The translations under genes were made by a program, and so were the position numbers. The notes under the pieces were generated by a model. It saw only the letters and a list, made by a program, of their open reading frames with translations, ran no database searches and was not told where the DNA came from. This document shows, one piece after another, positions 1-9,628 of a stretch of DNA of 64,000 bases. Origin of the DNA: Gemmatimonadota bacterium (lineage in GTDB: Bacteria > Gemmatimonadota > Gemmatimonadetes > Gemmatimonadales > GWC2-71-9); assembly GCA_036679605.1 (NCBI GenBank), contig JAZDCZ010000254.1, forward strand, positions 96,001-160,000. The letters run 5' to 3'. Numbering within the stretch: position 1 is the stretch's first letter; each line of letters begins with the position of its first letter.

Positions 1-1397
1 TCGTAGGCGCGATTCGCGTTTGCAAGTGCCTCACGTTTGTCCTTTACCTCCGGTGGCTCCTGGGCTAGTTGCTCGACCCGTCGGGTAAAGTACGTGCCGT
101 CGATTTCGATTTCCTCGAGCTGATGATCAAGCTTCTTGAGTACACCCTCGTACTCGGAACCAAGCGGTCGCGTGCATGTCGGACACTCTCCAGCAGATCC
201 CGCTTCTACGATTCTCTCCTGCTGGCTCTGGAGATCTCGGTATCGGTCACGTAGGGTCTGCCGTTTCGTTTCGGCATCTTGTTTGTCTCGAATCCATACC
301 GTACTTGCCTTCTCTGCCTCTCCTTCGGATTCGCGAAGAGTTTCCCGCAATTCCTCTAGTTCTTTACGTGCTATTTCGAGCTGCTCTGGCGCATCATGAA
401 TTTCCGTTAGGCGCGCCGTTAGTGCCCGCCGGTGCTTCTCAACCTCTCCGAGCTGACCGGAAAGAGCGCGTTTTCGCCCCGATGCCTGCGCTTCCTTCTC
501 TAGTCGTTCTAGCTCTTCGCTCAATGGTTGGATCCGCGCCAACTCGGGGGCTATGTCCTCAAGCTGCGATCGGGCAGCGAGGGCCTCTGCCAATTCCTTG
601 TCCAATCGCTCAAACTCACGCTGTGCCTCACCAACATCGCGTTCAGCGATCCGCAGTGCGCTCTCGAGTGCCAACACAGATTCGCGCACAGCAACCATTC
701 GTGTCCATTCAGGACCATCGACATCCAACACGGCTTTGGCGCTATCGAGCGCCTCGGTGGCCCTTTGTACTTCGCCGTCCGCATCCTCGAGTCGCCGCTT
801 TGCTCCCTCGAGTTCTGCGATAAGTTCCTCTTTATCTCCGAGGCCCTGCTCAAGACCCATAAGTTCGGAGCGCAACTCGGTTCGCGTCTTCCGTAGCCTG
901 TCCTGGGCCAACTTGAGTTTGTCGTAGCCGAGGATTCGTGAGAGAAAACGCGAGCGGTCTGCGGGACCCAAGTTGGCCATGACCGCCAACTCTTTCTGCC
1001 CTGTGAAATAGGTGTTGAAGAACTCATCGTGCGTCATCCCAAGGACCCGGACGACTCGCTTGCTCACCTCCTGTTGACTGTTGGCAATCGCCTCCTGTTG
1101 TCCGTCTTGGAACAGTTCCGCCTTGTAGATACCTCGTACCACGCGAAACTCATGAGCCCCCAATCCGAAGTCGACCTCCACACGCACTTTCGAACGTGCC
1201 GGCGCACTGAATCTTCGGATTGAGTCCCGACTGCCTCTTGCGGCTTGGTTCCCGTAGAATGCCCACGCCACAGCCTCCAAGAGTGTTGATTTACCGGTCC
1301 CGTTTGAACCAACGACGGCAGTTATCCCGGGGCCAAACTCAATCTCGGTGTCAGCATGCTGTCGAAAGTTGACGAGTTTGATCCTATGGAGTCGCAT
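1..1397 (-). CDS. sbcC: Rad50/SbcC SMC-family ATPase, N-terminal ~465 aa (runs off the left edge)
   Basis: Not in ORF track (no stop in window). Manual translation from ATG 1397: MRLHRIKLVNFRQHADTEIEFGPGITAVVGSNGTGKSTLLEAVAW (Walker A) and Q-loop FNTYFTGQKEL; directly abuts the sbcD stop. Confidence 0.9.
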   Translation of the reverse strand, partial: MRLHRIKLVNFRQHADTEIEFGPGITAVVGSNGTGKSTLLEAVAWAFYGNQAARGSRDSIRRFSAPARSKVRVEVDFGLGAHEFRVVRGIYKAELFQDGQQEAIANSQQEVSKRVVRVLGMTHDEFFNTYFTGQKELAVMANLGPADRSRFLSRILGYDKLKLAQDRLRKTRTELRSELMGLEQGLGDKEELIAELEGAKRRLEDADGEVQRATEALDSAKAVLDVDGPEWTRMVAVRESVLALESALRIAERDVGEAQREFERLDKELAEALAARSQLEDIAPELARIQPLSEELERLEKEAQASGRKRALSGQLGEVEKHRRALTARLTEIHDAPEQLEIARKELEELRETLRESEGEAEKASTVWIRDKQDAETKRQTLRDRYRDLQSQQERIVEAGSAGECPTCTRPLGSEYEGVLKKLDHQLEEIEIDGTYFTRRVEQLAQEPPEVKDKREALANANRAY

Positions 1398-2588
1398 CTA
1401 TTCCTCCAGCAGATCTTGCTCGACAGACTTCATATACTTGGCACCCAGTGCCACGAGCTTTTTCAGATGTGCCTTCGGCATGTCCGGCCGCTGACTCAAG
1501 TAGTCGGCCACGACTTCGTCGAGCGTTTTCCTACTCCCCGGGGTCCCGATACCAACAGGGCGCGTAGTCTCTGGACGCCGTATGTCCAAGTTGTAATGCA
1601 GAGCTGTGGATTTGAAATCACGGATCTTCGGGTGATCCAGATTGCGGGCGATTGACCGCGGGACATCCCATACGACCTGTCGAACGATCTGAGCTTCGAT
1701 CCCTTGAGAGATGTTTGCAACTCTGGCGCTAATCAGTTTGTCGATCTTTGGGGCGTCTAGCCCGGCACCTTGGATCGGCTCCAGATCTAGCAGTTGGCGC
1801 TCGGGAGAGGCAGGTCGGAATTCCACTCCCAACTTCTCACCCAGAGTGACCAGCAGCCAACCCTTCTGACCGGGCCTTCCCTCCCGCGCTTCATCTTTGA
1901 GCTCACCCCACGGATTGCTGGTCAAGTGTTCCAACGCACCGGAATACCATGCGTTTCTTTGCACTTGATGCGCCACGTGGTAGTGGCCCAGTGCCACGTA
2001 GTCCCAGTTTTCGCAGTGAAGCTCACCGGGCTCGATGACGATACCACCATACTCTGCTGCCGAGCGCTCAGGCGAGAGCACCCCCGCTATCTCCGCATGA
2101 GTGACCAGCACCTGCAACTTGGCAGTCTTCCGCTCGGGCTTGGGAATCGGGCCCCCGCCGGTCAAGTGCGCGGCGAACGGCACACAGGTAAGCGCTAGGT
2201 CAAGTTCGTCAAACTCGAGTTCTCTGACGGAATCGGAGACCACGTGGACGCCGCCCACTGCCTCGAACAGCTTCAAGATGGACCCGGTGTCCGTTGATCT
2301 TGGCGTATCGTGGTTACCAGCCACAATGACGACCTGCGACTTGGGAAGTCTGGTTCTGAGCCTAGCTAATTGGTTGAACCCGTGCAGAATTGCCTGGTTT
2401 GTGGGACGTACAGAGTGGAAAAAGTCGCCGGCGAATACCACGATATCCGGCTCGGCAGACGCCACGTCATCGATCACTCGCCTAAAAATGTTTGCAACGT
2501 CGGCCTCGCGCTGATTGATACCAGCGGGTGTCTGACGATAGTACTGCCGGAACCCCAGGTGTACGTCGGCAAGGTGAGCGAGCTTCAA
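1398..2588 (-). CDS. sbcD: Mre11/SbcD metallophosphoesterase nuclease
   Basis: Motifs ADVHLG, AGDFFH, AGNHD, THA, LGHYH; adjacent to the Rad50/SbcC gene. Confidence 0.92.
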   Translation of the reverse strand: MKLAHLADVHLGFRQYYRQTPAGINQREADVANIFRRVIDDVASAEPDIVVFAGDFFHSVRPTNQAILHGFNQLARLRTRLPKSQVVIVAGNHDTPRSTDTGSILKLFEAVGGVHVVSDSVRELEFDELDLALTCVPFAAHLTGGGPIPKPERKTAKLQVLVTHAEIAGVLSPERSAAEYGGIVIEPGELHCENWDYVALGHYHVAHQVQRNAWYSGALEHLTSNPWGELKDEAREGRPGQKGWLLVTLGEKLGVEFRPASPERQLLDLEPIQGAGLDAPKIDKLISARVANISQGIEAQIVRQVVWDVPRSIARNLDHPKIRDFKSTALHYNLDIRRPETTRPVGIGTPGSRKTLDEVVADYLSQRPDMPKAHLKKLVALGAKYMKSVEQDLLEE

Positions 2589-2593
2589 GGTCT

Positions 2594-3424
2594 TTATGGT
2601 CGAACTTGGTAGCGCGTGGTTTTTTCCAGAGTAAGCGAATCTCCAATTCCATCCTCTGGAGCCCCACGTGTTTGTCGGCTCACTTCAAGCCGTGTCTGGG
2701 TCGCACCGCTGACGAACAATCCCCAACCAGTTGACCACACCAACTGCCCCTTGATATGGCCCGATGCGCGGAGATTGGTTGTGCTCCCAGCGCCAACCAA
2801 CGTGGTCGGACCGAACACGCCCGTCACACTGATAAATCCCAGCGTATCGCTAGTGCGGGCAACAATGCTATCAAGAGTGAGATGCGCTCTACCAAGAATG
2901 CCCTGCAGTGCACTCCCCTTATCCATTCCGGCCCAGGCTACTGAGATTTCAGTCTGACTGGTCCAGCCCTCTGATGGCCTGAGTTCTCGCTCCGGCAGAA
3001 CCAAGTAGCGGACGCCGGTCAATACGGGCAGAAGCTCTGTTACTCCTACCAAACTCCCTCCAACATTCATCTGAGTTACCTGCATGCGTTCATCCATGCG
3101 CACCTGAACCCACGCTGTATCAGCGTTCTCTATCGCGAACTCACGCCAAGGACCACGGTTTCTGACTCTTACCAGCACGGAATCGTAAGTGAGATGCAGG
3201 ACCTCTCTGCCAGCTCCGTCCGTCGTCTCGGTTAACCTCATGACTCCCAAGTCTGCCGTCTCAGTGTTTCTCCCCGAACTCGATGACACACGCGTCACTG
3301 TTTGGAATACTGTGTGGACAGTGACTGTGAGATCGGATTTTCGGCGAAGTAGCAGCGACTCCTGGCCACGCAGAGAACCTGGCAACCCCAACAGGCACAA
3401 GCCGACGATGACGTATCTGGACAA
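2594..3424 (-). CDS. Secreted beta-rich hypothetical protein (paralogue of 3428-4318)
   Basis: N-terminal hydrophobic signal (MSRYVIVGLCLLGLPGSLRG-Q); shares YDSV, RMQV, LP..W, LDS.V.R, W.GW..VSGA and TTR[YF]QVR with the neighbouring gene. Confidence 0.75.
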   Translation of the reverse strand: MSRYVIVGLCLLGLPGSLRGQESLLLRRKSDLTVTVHTVFQTVTRVSSSSGRNTETADLGVMRLTETTDGAGREVLHLTYDSVLVRVRNRGPWREFAIENADTAWVQVRMDERMQVTQMNVGGSLVGVTELLPVLTGVRYLVLPERELRPSEGWTSQTEISVAWAGMDKGSALQGILGRAHLTLDSIVARTSDTLGFISVTGVFGPTTLVGAGSTTNLRASGHIKGQLVWSTGWGLFVSGATQTRLEVSRQTRGAPEDGIGDSLTLEKTTRYQVRP

Positions 3425-3427
3425 CGG

Positions 3428-4318
3428 CTAAGTTCTCACCTGAAATCGAGTGGTGATATCGAACCGTAGTCGTGACATTACAGCCGTCGGGTCGGATTCG
3501 GCACGAAACACGAGATTCATCGTTACACGTGCGGCGCCCGAAACATACGCACTCCAGCCCGACGACCAAATGAGAGTGGCAGCCAGGCCCCCGCTCACGT
3601 CTACATAACCCGAATCGCTCCCCGCGGTCGATTCCAATCTCATGGCCTCAAACCGACTTCGAACTGTCATGTAACTCAGTTTGTCTGTACCGCGACGCAC
3701 GACGCTGTCGAGCGACACCGTTGCGTCGGACAGCAACTCCCCGCTAGTGGGAACTCCCTGATTCCCACCAATACTCGCCATCACTGTAACTGGATATCTC
3801 AGCTGTGTGGTCCAAGAGCTTCCAGCCGATACCAACGAATCTGGAAGTGACAGCTGGAAACCGCCGGCTAATCCTCGAAGGGCTTCGGCATTAGAAACGT
3901 CGACGTTGGGCTCATCAATGTATTCGGCGGACGCTAGCACCTGCATTCTCGACCCTAGCACCACTCGCGCCATCAACGCATCGCGGGGGCCGGGCTCGAC
4001 AATCCTCCACACGCCTCCTAGCGGCTTCATTCGCGCCCTCACCGAGTCATACATCAAGCGGATTGAGTAGCGTCCTGGGACCGCAGCCACGATTTCCGCC
4101 GTGAGACTCTCCAACCTCGTCGCTTCGACGGTCACGGTGTCCGATCCGTCTCCCGCCATCAGCATCATTTCTATTTCAGAATGCGAGACCGTATGGATAA
4201 GAGCATTCTGTTGAGGGTCGAAACGGAGCGCCTCACCTATTTGACTCTCGGCGACACCTGGGTACCACAATCCTGGCAAACAAGTGGCCAACAGAACAGA
4301 ACGGAACTCAAGGAGCAT
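3428..4318 (-). CDS. Secreted beta-rich hypothetical protein (paralogue of 2594-3424)
   Basis: Signal-like N-terminus ending VAES-Q; ATG 4318 overlaps the herA 3' end (track start 4327); same shared motifs as its paralogue. Confidence 0.75.
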   Translation of the reverse strand: MLLEFRSVLLATCLPGLWYPGVAESQIGEALRFDPQQNALIHTVSHSEIEMMLMAGDGSDTVTVEATRLESLTAEIVAAVPGRYSIRLMYDSVRARMKPLGGVWRIVEPGPRDALMARVVLGSRMQVLASAEYIDEPNVDVSNAEALRGLAGGFQLSLPDSLVSAGSSWTTQLRYPVTVMASIGGNQGVPTSGELLSDATVSLDSVVRRGTDKLSYMTVRSRFEAMRLESTAGSDSGYVDVSGGLAATLIWSSGWSAYVSGAARVTMNLVFRAESDPTAVMSRLRFDITTRFQVRT

Positions 4319-6251
4319 ATGGATCATCTACCGATTTCAGTTGCGCTGTGCGTCCCTCGATCCGTGTCACGTTCTCCGTCGTTACTGCAGTGCCAAGGGC
4401 GGCCCTGAAGAACCCCAGAACGTCAGTCGGCTGTGCCCGCCTGGTAGCCAGGAGAGCACGTCTGACCTCATCCTCCTTGCGGCCACCAATGATTTCTTTG
4501 ATCCTCCCCGGTGCAAGGCGCCGGTCGAGCCCTACCAGGTGCAGCACCACCGCGTCCTCGAATTCCACGTCCTTTGCCGGAGGATACCGTTGGACTCCAA
4601 GGGGACCCTGGAGCACCGGCGGTCGTGGGAACCGCACGAAAATCGGTTGCGTGAAGTGTGGGTGGCGGATCATGAGCTGGCCTTTGGGAAGAGTCGCCAA
4701 TTTTATCTTTGTGGCAGGTGAAAACACCTGGTACCCCGCAGTGGCCAACTCGTCCATATCCATCCGGCCGTAAATAGTGGTACCGGCGTTCCCGACTACG
4801 CGGCGGTGCACCTGAGAGCGAAACTGCTGCGCCGAAAAAAGTACGAGACCCAGATACCTACCGCGTTCCGATATATCCAGCAACATCTTCCGCACATACG
4901 TCTCGGGACCCTCTCCCGGTGCGTACTTGTTCAGCTCGTCTACGAAAACGATCACGTGATCAACGCCCAAATCACGGCGCTCCAGATGATCGCGCAGTTC
5001 GGACACCACTCGAGTGAACGCCAGATCCTGGGCCAGCTGATCCATGCCTGCAACGTCGAGCACGTACACGGAACGATCTTCGAACTGACCAAAGGGAAGA
5101 TCACTAACAGTGCCATCATCAGTGACGAGCCCCTTGCATCGAATCGATATGTTCAGCAATCGATTGCGCACCTTACGTATCGTTGCTATGTGATGCGTTC
5201 GCCACATGTCACTGCGCCCCTGTGCCTCTAGACCATCGAAAATCGCACGAAACAGACGCTCGAGGTCGGCGAACGTTCGCACTCTGTGCGAGTTACCCCA
5301 CTCGTCCACAAACTGTTTCTCTACCACTCGCTCGGCCAGAAAATCGATCAAGGCATCAGACTTGGCATCAATGTCGTCGCGGCTCATGAGCACTTCGTGA
5401 TAGTCCAAAACCTCGCGCAGGCCCCACACCAGCGGCTGAACGGATCCGACGAGATCCGGATGGGATCGGAGGGTGTTGAGATTTATCCCATCGCCCTTGA
5501 ACGGCGCATAGTAGCGAACCTTGTCAAAGGGTCGAGGATCCAAACCTAGTTCGGCATACATCGCTAGATCTGCATCGGTGAGATCACCGGGCAGGTCGAG
5601 AAAGCACAAGTCCGGACCCTTAACGTTGATGCAGACAGCAGCTATGCTCCCTTTGTGCGACGGGAATTTCTGAAAAATGCTCGATAGGAAAAATTGGACG
5701 GCACTTGTTTTCGTGGCCAGGCCCGAAATACCTGAGAGGTTCAGATGTGCCGAGTCGGGGCCCAATAAGAAATTTGCATCCAAGTGAATAGGCGCACTCG
5801 TTCCTCCGGCTGTATACAAACCGATCGGCACGCCCGTTGGCTGTTCTACACCAACGTACGAATCCATCCGTAACGCCACTTCGACATCTTCCCTTGCTGC
5901 GAGTCGCACTCCGGCCAAAGGAACTGGTTGTACAGGTTCCTCCGGCTCATGGCGCAATACGGCGGCCGTCCACAGCCGGACCTCCGCTCGCTCAGTCGGC
6001 GGCCGAGTGCTCGACGGATCGCCGTCCGCCGCCAGTACATCATGCAACGGAGTCGCCAGGTCCGAGTACGCCCGGCCATCTATCACCACTGCAAATACAA
6101 CTCGATTGCCGTCGCCATCGATCCTCACAATGGCACCTATACCGATCTTCGTGTCGGTCGCAGTCCAAAAATTGAATTGGTGAGGTCCGGCAGGAAGCGC
6201 CTCGGTGGCGACCACCCGTCCGATATAACCGTCGGTGCCTAGACGGATCAT
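4308..6251 (-). CDS. herA: HerA-family DNA translocase ATPase
   Basis: N-terminal HAS-barrel-like segment, divergent Walker A GISGLATKTS, Walker B IVFVDELNKY, ERGRYLG arginine-finger region, SAQQ motif; ATGA overlap with the nurA stop. Confidence 0.85.
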   Translation of the reverse strand: MIRLGTDGYIGRVVATEALPAGPHQFNFWTATDTKIGIGAIVRIDGDGNRVVFAVVIDGRAYSDLATPLHDVLAADGDPSSTRPPTERAEVRLWTAAVLRHEPEEPVQPVPLAGVRLAAREDVEVALRMDSYVGVEQPTGVPIGLYTAGGTSAPIHLDANFLLGPDSAHLNLSGISGLATKTSAVQFFLSSIFQKFPSHKGSIAAVCINVKGPDLCFLDLPGDLTDADLAMYAELGLDPRPFDKVRYYAPFKGDGINLNTLRSHPDLVGSVQPLVWGLREVLDYHEVLMSRDDIDAKSDALIDFLAERVVEKQFVDEWGNSHRVRTFADLERLFRAIFDGLEAQGRSDMWRTHHIATIRKVRNRLLNISIRCKGLVTDDGTVSDLPFGQFEDRSVYVLDVAGMDQLAQDLAFTRVVSELRDHLERRDLGVDHVIVFVDELNKYAPGEGPETYVRKMLLDISERGRYLGLVLFSAQQFRSQVHRRVVGNAGTTIYGRMDMDELATAGYQVFSPATKIKLATLPKGQLMIRHPHFTQPIFVRFPRPPVLQGPLGVQRYPPAKDVEFEDAVVLHLVGLDRRLAPGRIKEIIGGRKEDEVRRALLATRRAQPTDVLGFFRAALGTAVTTENVTRIEGRTAQLKSVDDPYAP

Positions 6252-7198
6252 GGCCATCCCCCAATGCGCGAGCGGAGATACTCCTCTACCTGCCTGATCG
6301 GATAGATGAGCCTATCCCATCTTCCGTCAGGAGCCGAAAGCGGCGCGCGCTCAGCCAAGAGCCAACTACTCACTTCGGCTACGTCCTCTAGCGTTCGGTC
6401 GGTCGGCATATGCTCAATTCGCAATAATCCGTAGTGTAGATCGTGCCGTTCCCACGGCCAGAGTCGAAGATACCAACTGTGTACTCTGCTTCGTCCTTCC
6501 ACAATACGGGCAAACACGCTCGTTCGGCAGCCTTCGGCAAGAGTGAGGGCGACCTTGAGTTCGTCTCCCTCAAAGAATTGAGTCTCGTGACTCTTGATCA
6601 ATCCCAATATCCCACGGGTCGATCGGTGCAGGGCGTGGCCGGATAGCGGTCCATCCACAACCAACCACTCATCGGCGTGTCCAGCCAGATACTCTCGCGC
6701 AACCTCAGCTTCGATTGACTCGCGGCGGCGCTGAACCTCGAGGGCGGCGAGACGCAGGTCGAGGAACGGGTGCACCTTGCCATCACCGCCACAATCGCAG
6801 ATGCGCAGTCCCACCTGTTCCAAGCTTTTCCTTTGACCGCCAGAAAGCCGGTCGGCAGGGACAACGATGAAATGTTCCGCCTTATCACACGCCACCTTGA
6901 GCTTGCCGTCAACCCGAGCAAGCACGGCGGCCGCCACATACCCGCGGACCACCTGGGTCAGGCCAAATCGCCCGATAACCGCATAGCGCTGAATCCCATC
7001 GAGGAAACCTGCTGCATGCGATGCCTCTGGTACCTCTCGTACAGTAATCGACTCGAGCAGCTTAGTTTCGACAGACTCTGCCGACCCGAAGGGTCGTTGG
7101 ACCGGTTCAGGTACGTGCGTAAGAACGGCTCCGGGACCAGCGATCCCGCCGGCGCCACGTATTGCGTCCTCGAGAAGATGTTTTGAGTCGACCGGCAG
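6248..7198 (-). CDS. nurA: NurA-family 5'-3' nuclease (probable CTG start)
   Basis: The frame of track ORF 6248-6952 stays open upstream to about 7210 and contains AGFLDGIQR; also VVDGPL, GLIKSH and YPIRQVE. There is no ATG/GTG/TTG upstream of the first Asp motif; GGAGG precedes CTG at 7198. Confidence 0.8.
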   Translation of the reverse strand: MPVDSKHLLEDAIRGAGGIAGPGAVLTHVPEPVQRPFGSAESVETKLLESITVREVPEASHAAGFLDGIQRYAVIGRFGLTQVVRGYVAAAVLARVDGKLKVACDKAEHFIVVPADRLSGGQRKSLEQVGLRICDCGGDGKVHPFLDLRLAALEVQRRRESIEAEVAREYLAGHADEWLVVDGPLSGHALHRSTRGILGLIKSHETQFFEGDELKVALTLAEGCRTSVFARIVEGRSRVHSWYLRLWPWERHDLHYGLLRIEHMPTDRTLEDVAEVSSWLLAERAPLSAPDGRWDRLIYPIRQVEEYLRSRIGGWP

Positions 7199-7242
7199 AC
7201 AGCCTCCGCTTCAGTATCCAAGGTTGCCCTCGCGCGCAGACC

Positions 7243-8451
7243 TCAGCCCGATCGCGCTATCAGAGCATTCACGAAATCCCCGATGCGCGCCAGGGCACTC
7301 GACAAGTCCTTCTCCGAAGCGGCGTAAGACAACCGAACCCAGCGCTCGTCTCCGAACGCCTCTCCCGGAACTACAGCAACACCGTGGTCGGCCAACAATC
7401 GTTCGCAGAACTCTTTGGCCGAACCGATCTTGTCGCCGAAATAGCTGTCAACTCTGAAGAACAGATAGAATGCCCCCAGTGGATCAACAAACTCAACACC
7501 TGGAATTTTACTACGGAAATAGTCGACCACCATGTCGCGACGGCTGCGAAACTCATTGACCATGTGCTGCACTTCCAGATCCACACGCTCGTCGCTGAAT
7601 GCAGTGGCCGCGGCCCACTGGGATGGCTGGGAAGCGCCGCTCGTCACATGACTTTGCAGCGCCGCCATGGCTTTGACGACCGCATTCGGGGCAAGGGCAA
7701 AGCCAATACGCCATCCTGTCATGGCGAACGACTTGCTCGCACCGTAAATGACCGCAACCCGTTCCAACATCTCGTCAGGGGAATCGAGCACGGATGGAGC
7801 CGCACCAGAGCCGTAGTGGATACGCCGGTAAATCTCATCCGATATCACCCACAGACTCCTCTCTCGGGCCCAAGCGAGTATCGCCTTCAATTCCGCGCGC
7901 GTGTACACGGCGCCCGTGGGATTGACCGGTGTACAGAGAATCATCCCGGCTGTCTTGGAGGTGACCGCAGCATCGAGCTGATCTACCCCCACCTTCAAGC
8001 TCCAGTCAATGTCCCCAGGCACCATGATCGGAGTCGCCCGGGCAAGGTGCACAATTTGCGGATACGACACCCAAGCCGGGCTGGGTATCAGCACCTCGTC
8101 ACCGAAACCGAAAATGCTAAAGCAGGCATTGAATAGCGACTGCTTAGCACCAGTGGAGACGACTATGTTGTCGGCATTAACCGGGCGCCCTCCGGAGAGC
8201 AGTGACAACTGTCGAGCCACGGCCGCACGTAAGTCCAGAATTCCGGCATTGGGCGGATAGTGAGTCTTGCCCTGTTGTATCGCCTTGATGCCGGCATCCG
8301 CGATGATTCGGGGGGTTGCAAAGTCCGGTTCTCCCGCCGACAGATCCAAGATGTCTTCGCCGGCGGCCCTTCGTCTTTGAGCCTCTTGGGTGATAAATAT
8401 CGTTGCGGACGGTTCCAGGTGTCCGAGATTCGAGGACCGGTCGAAAGTCAT
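7243..8451 (-). CDS. PLP-dependent class I/II (aspartate-type) aminotransferase
   Basis: GEPDF, NPTG, SDEIY, SKSFAMTGWRIG (PLP lysine), VRLSYA. Confidence 0.92.
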   Translation of the reverse strand: MTFDRSSNLGHLEPSATIFITQEAQRRRAAGEDILDLSAGEPDFATPRIIADAGIKAIQQGKTHYPPNAGILDLRAAVARQLSLLSGGRPVNADNIVVSTGAKQSLFNACFSIFGFGDEVLIPSPAWVSYPQIVHLARATPIMVPGDIDWSLKVGVDQLDAAVTSKTAGMILCTPVNPTGAVYTRAELKAILAWARERSLWVISDEIYRRIHYGSGAAPSVLDSPDEMLERVAVIYGASKSFAMTGWRIGFALAPNAVVKAMAALQSHVTSGASQPSQWAAATAFSDERVDLEVQHMVNEFRSRRDMVVDYFRSKIPGVEFVDPLGAFYLFFRVDSYFGDKIGSAKEFCERLLADHGVAVVPGEAFGDERWVRLSYAASEKDLSSALARIGDFVNALIARSG

Positions 8452-9596
8452 CTACTCACTACTCCGTAGCGTTTCAGGATCTCAAGGGTCTTCTCCAAAG
8501 GTAGCGCCTCAACCGTGCCGCGATCTCCTCGCACAGTGGTCGCCTGAAACAGCGAATTGTAGATCGCCTCTTCGGTCGCTTCGATGGTAGCCTGAAAGAG
8601 GGGGCTCATACCTCGATTCCCAACAGGTCCGGCCTCTGCGAGTTGGGACACTCGCACAGTGCTGAACGCGATCACGTAGTCGCCGGATCCGTTGGTCATG
8701 GAACTTCCCGTCCGGGCCAACCCGGCCAACGCCCGTCGCGCCACTCGGGTCAGGTTTCGGTTATCAACAGGGGCATCGGTTGCGACGACAATCATGATGG
8801 ATCCGTCGCCAGAATCCTCTATTTCTCCTCCCTCGAGTTGGTCTCGCAGATAGTACTTGCCCAACTCACGACCAACCGGAGCCCCGCCGATCCTGAGCAC
8901 TCCCCCAAAATTCGTTTGCACTAGAACCCCTACAGTCCACCCACCCAGACTCTGGGGCAGTCGGCGACTCGACGTCCCGATTCCGCCCTTCCATCCGAAG
9001 GCTACGGTGCCGCGTCCCGCACCTACGCTCCCCTGCTCTACGGATCCGGATCGGGCATTTCGTATCGCCGATAGTACATCGTCCTCCTTGATTGGACGTA
9101 GTCTTATCCGATTCAAGAAGCCGTCGTTGGTCTCGCCTACGATTGGATTCACCGATCTGACGTTCTCATTACCAGGGAGCGAAAGCAGATAGCCAAGGAC
9201 CGCGTCTGCCGCCCGGGGAACGCACAGAGTGCATGTGAGCACGATTGGCGACTCTATTTCTCCCAACTCTCTGACTTGAGTAAAACCCATCAGCTTGCCG
9301 AATCCATTTCCTACCACGATCCCGGCCGGTACTTTTTCCTGAAACGGGTTCCTACCCGGTGGCATGACTACCGTAACTCCCGTGTTGATAGAGTCACCAC
9401 TCACAACTGTAGTGTGGCCAACACGAACTCCTCGAACATCGGTGATCGCATTCAAGGGGCCGGGAGACAGCACTCCTACCACTACACCTAGCTCTCGGGC
9501 GTTCTGCCGCGCCTGAGCCTCTAGCTGCGGGACAATGGCCAGGATCACCAATGCAACTGATATCCCTTGTTTTCGTAGCATCAGAGTCGGTCTCAT
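8448..9596 (-). CDS. dmpA: DmpA/P1 (peptidase S58) self-processing aminopeptidase with signal peptide
   Basis: NAITDVxGVRVGH, TGVTVV, GETNDG, KGGIGTSSR, autoproteolysis site DG/SIMIVVATDAP, NGSGDY. Start uncertain (9581, 9596 or 9632). Confidence 0.85.
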   Translation of the reverse strand: MRPTLMLRKQGISVALVILAIVPQLEAQARQNARELGVVVGVLSPGPLNAITDVRGVRVGHTTVVSGDSINTGVTVVMPPGRNPFQEKVPAGIVVGNGFGKLMGFTQVRELGEIESPIVLTCTLCVPRAADAVLGYLLSLPGNENVRSVNPIVGETNDGFLNRIRLRPIKEDDVLSAIRNARSGSVEQGSVGAGRGTVAFGWKGGIGTSSRRLPQSLGGWTVGVLVQTNFGGVLRIGGAPVGRELGKYYLRDQLEGGEIEDSGDGSIMIVVATDAPVDNRNLTRVARRALAGLARTGSSMTNGSGDYVIAFSTVRVSQLAEAGPVGNRGMSPLFQATIEATEEAIYNSLFQATTVRGDRGTVEALPLEKTLEILKRYGVVSR

Positions 9597-9628
9597 AGAG
9601 AATAAGATCCGGTCTAGTGATTCTATCG

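Noticed and set aside
4308..6251. HerA as part of an anti-phage system (Sir2-HerA, HerA-DUF4297)
   Set aside because: Its partners are NurA, Mre11 and Rad50 in a housekeeping context, with no Sir2 or defence-island genes.
6958..7221. 87-aa track ORF as a separate gene or frameshifted nurA N-terminus
   Set aside because: The NurA motif FLDG lies in the same frame as 6248-6952, so no frameshift is needed; this ORF is a shadow frame.
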